Of a stretch of 64,000 nt of DNA, positions 62,230-64,000 are shown in pieces. This stretch comes from Macrostomum lignano. Lineage: Eukaryota. The stretch's first letter is position 1. Each line of letters starts with the position of its first letter. Made by a program: the position numbers and the translations under genes. Under the pieces are notes generated by a model that saw only the letters and a program-made list of their open reading frames with translations, made no database searches and had not been told where the DNA came from. The DNA lies in contig NIVC01000212.1 in NCBI GenBank assembly GCA_002269645.1, positions 1 to 64,000 of the forward strand. Direction: 5' to 3'.

Positions 62230-64000
62230 CAAACAGACACAGAAATCTGTTCCAGTTGTGTCTGTAGGTTATGTGGACCACCTCAGATCCAGAGCCTCAA
62301 ACAGACAGAGAAATCTGTTCGAGTTGTGTCTGTAGGTGAGGTGAACCACCTTCTGAGAGCCTAAGCCTCAAACAGACTGAGAGAGCTGCTTCAGTTGTGT
62401 CTATAGGTTATGTGGACCACCTAAGAGCCAGAGCCTCAAACAGACAGAGAAATCTGTTCGAGTTGTGTCTGTAGGTTAGGTGGACCACCTAAGAGCCAGA
62501 GCCTCAAACAGACAGAGAAATCTGTTCGAGTTGTGTCTGTAGGTTAGGTGGACCACCTAAGAGCCAGAGCCTCAAACAGACAGAGAAATCTGTTCGAGTT
62601 GTGTCTGTAGGTTAGGTGGACCAGCTACTGAGAGCCAAAGCCTCAAACAGACTGAGAGAGCTGCTTCAGTTGTGTCTGTAGGTTATGTGGACCACCTAAG
62701 AGCCAGAGACTCAAACAGACAGAGAAATCTGTTCGAGTTGTGTCTGTAGGTTAGGTGGACCACCTAAGAGCCAGAGCCTCAAACAGACAGAGAAATCTGT
62801 TCGAGTTGTGTCTGTAGGTTAGGTGGACCAGCTACTCCACAGCACTTCTAGGCGATAATCTGAGCCAGGAGTCTCGAGAGACTTTCGTTACACATCCAGA
62901 TGTTCTGCCTTGATGCTGGACTAGCTCACTTTCTAGGAATCTGTTCTGATTGCATTCTAACAAACTGAAGCATTTTCTGCACTAAACTTTCTCGGCGGCT
63001 CTGAGAGCCAGAGCCTCAAACAGACAGAGAAATCTGTTCGAGTTGTGTCTGTAGGTTAGGTGGACCAGCTATTCTACAGCACTTCTAGGCGATAATCTGA
63101 GCCAGGAATCTCCGAGAGCCTCTCGTTACACATCCAGATGTTCTGCCTTGATGCTGGACTAGCTCACTTTCTAGGAATCTGTTCTGATTGCATTCTAACA
63201 AACTGAAGCATTTTCTGCACTAAACTTTCTCGGCGGCTCTAAGAGCCAGAGCCTAAACAGACAGAGAAATCTGTTCGAGTTGTGTCTGTAGGTTAGGTGG
63301 ACCACCTTCTGAGAGCCAAAGCCTCAAACAGACTGAGAGAGCTGCTTCAGTTGTGTCTGTAGGTTATGAGGACCACCTAAGAGCCAGAGCCTCAAACAGA
63401 CAGAGAAATCTGTTCGAGTTGTGTCTGTAGGTTAGGTGGACCAGCTACTCCAAAGCACTTCTAGGCGATAATCTGAGCCAGGAATCTCCGAGAGCCTCTC
63501 GTTACACATCCAGATGTTCTGCCTTGATGCTGGACTAGCTCACTTTCTAGGAATCTGTTCTGATTGCATTCTAACAAACTGAAGCATTCTCGGCACTAAA
63601 CTTTCTCGGCGGCTCTAAGAGCCAGAGCCTCAAACAGACAGAGAAATCTGTTCGAGTTGTGTCTGTAGGTTAGGTGGACCAGCTATTCTACAGCACTTCT
63701 AGGCGATAATCTGAGCCAGGAATCTCCGAGAGCCTCTCGTTACACATCCAGATGTTCTGCCTTGATGCTGGACTAGCTCACTTTCTAGGAATCTGTTCTG
63801 ATTGCATTCTAACAAACTGAAGCATTCTCGGCACTAAACTTTCTCGGCGGCTCTGAGAGCCAGAGCCTCAAACAGACAGAAATCTGTTCGAGTTGTGTCT
63901 GTAGGTTAGGTGGACCAGCTATTCTACAGCACTTCTAGGCGATAATCTGAGCCAGGAATCTCCGAGAGCCTCTCGTTACACATCCAGATGTTCTGCCTTG
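62230..64000. repeat. Complex satellite: 68-bp monomer plus ~170-bp spacer forming ~240-bp units
   Basis: Monomer AGAGCCAGAGCCTCAAACAGACAGAGAAATCTGTTCGAGTTGTGTCTGTAGGTTAGGTGGACCACCTA; spacer recurs near 62831, 63069, 63444, 63682, 63918; runs off the window. Confidence 0.92.

Noticed and set aside
62230-64000. Hammerhead ribozyme in the satellite (as in schistosome satellites)
   Set aside because: No CTGANGA...GAAA core found on either strand by eye. Isolated CTGANGA hits near 3889 and 41062 lack a pairing stem II.

Overview
Eukaryotic (animal) genomic DNA, not prokaryotic. CpG-rich spliced exons, AT-rich introns packed with minisatellites and a TTAGGG trace resemble a free-living flatworm such as Macrostomum; this is inference, the taxon cannot be proven from the sequence. 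Five spliced genes were rebuilt by hand from GT/GC-AG junctions with consistent frames: ACSL3/4-type acyl-CoA ligase (+, 18310-24531), compact TRMT1L (+, 26323-31944, likely GC-AG first intron), C-terminally shortened Hsp110/HSPA4 (-, 32591-42746), SRSF1-like SR protein (+, 43410-48664, head-to-head with Hsp110) and an unusual PH / Q-rich / three-SH2 adaptor (-, 50251-59622). Also present: an intronless WSC-domain ORF, non-LTR retroelement RNase H and RT remnants, a CACTA-like element, seven copies of one 8-bp-TSD MITE family, a tRNA-derived CORE-type SINE, Mutator-like and LTR-protease remnants, and more than 20 distinct tandem arrays, mostly one per intron. Most long ORFs in the supplied track are artefacts of these arrays. 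Most notable: intron-by-intron minisatellite expansion, multi-kb CpG-free blocks, a MITE copy that captured minisatellite DNA, the multi-SH2 adaptor, and a predicted NMD-type 3'UTR intron in the SR gene.
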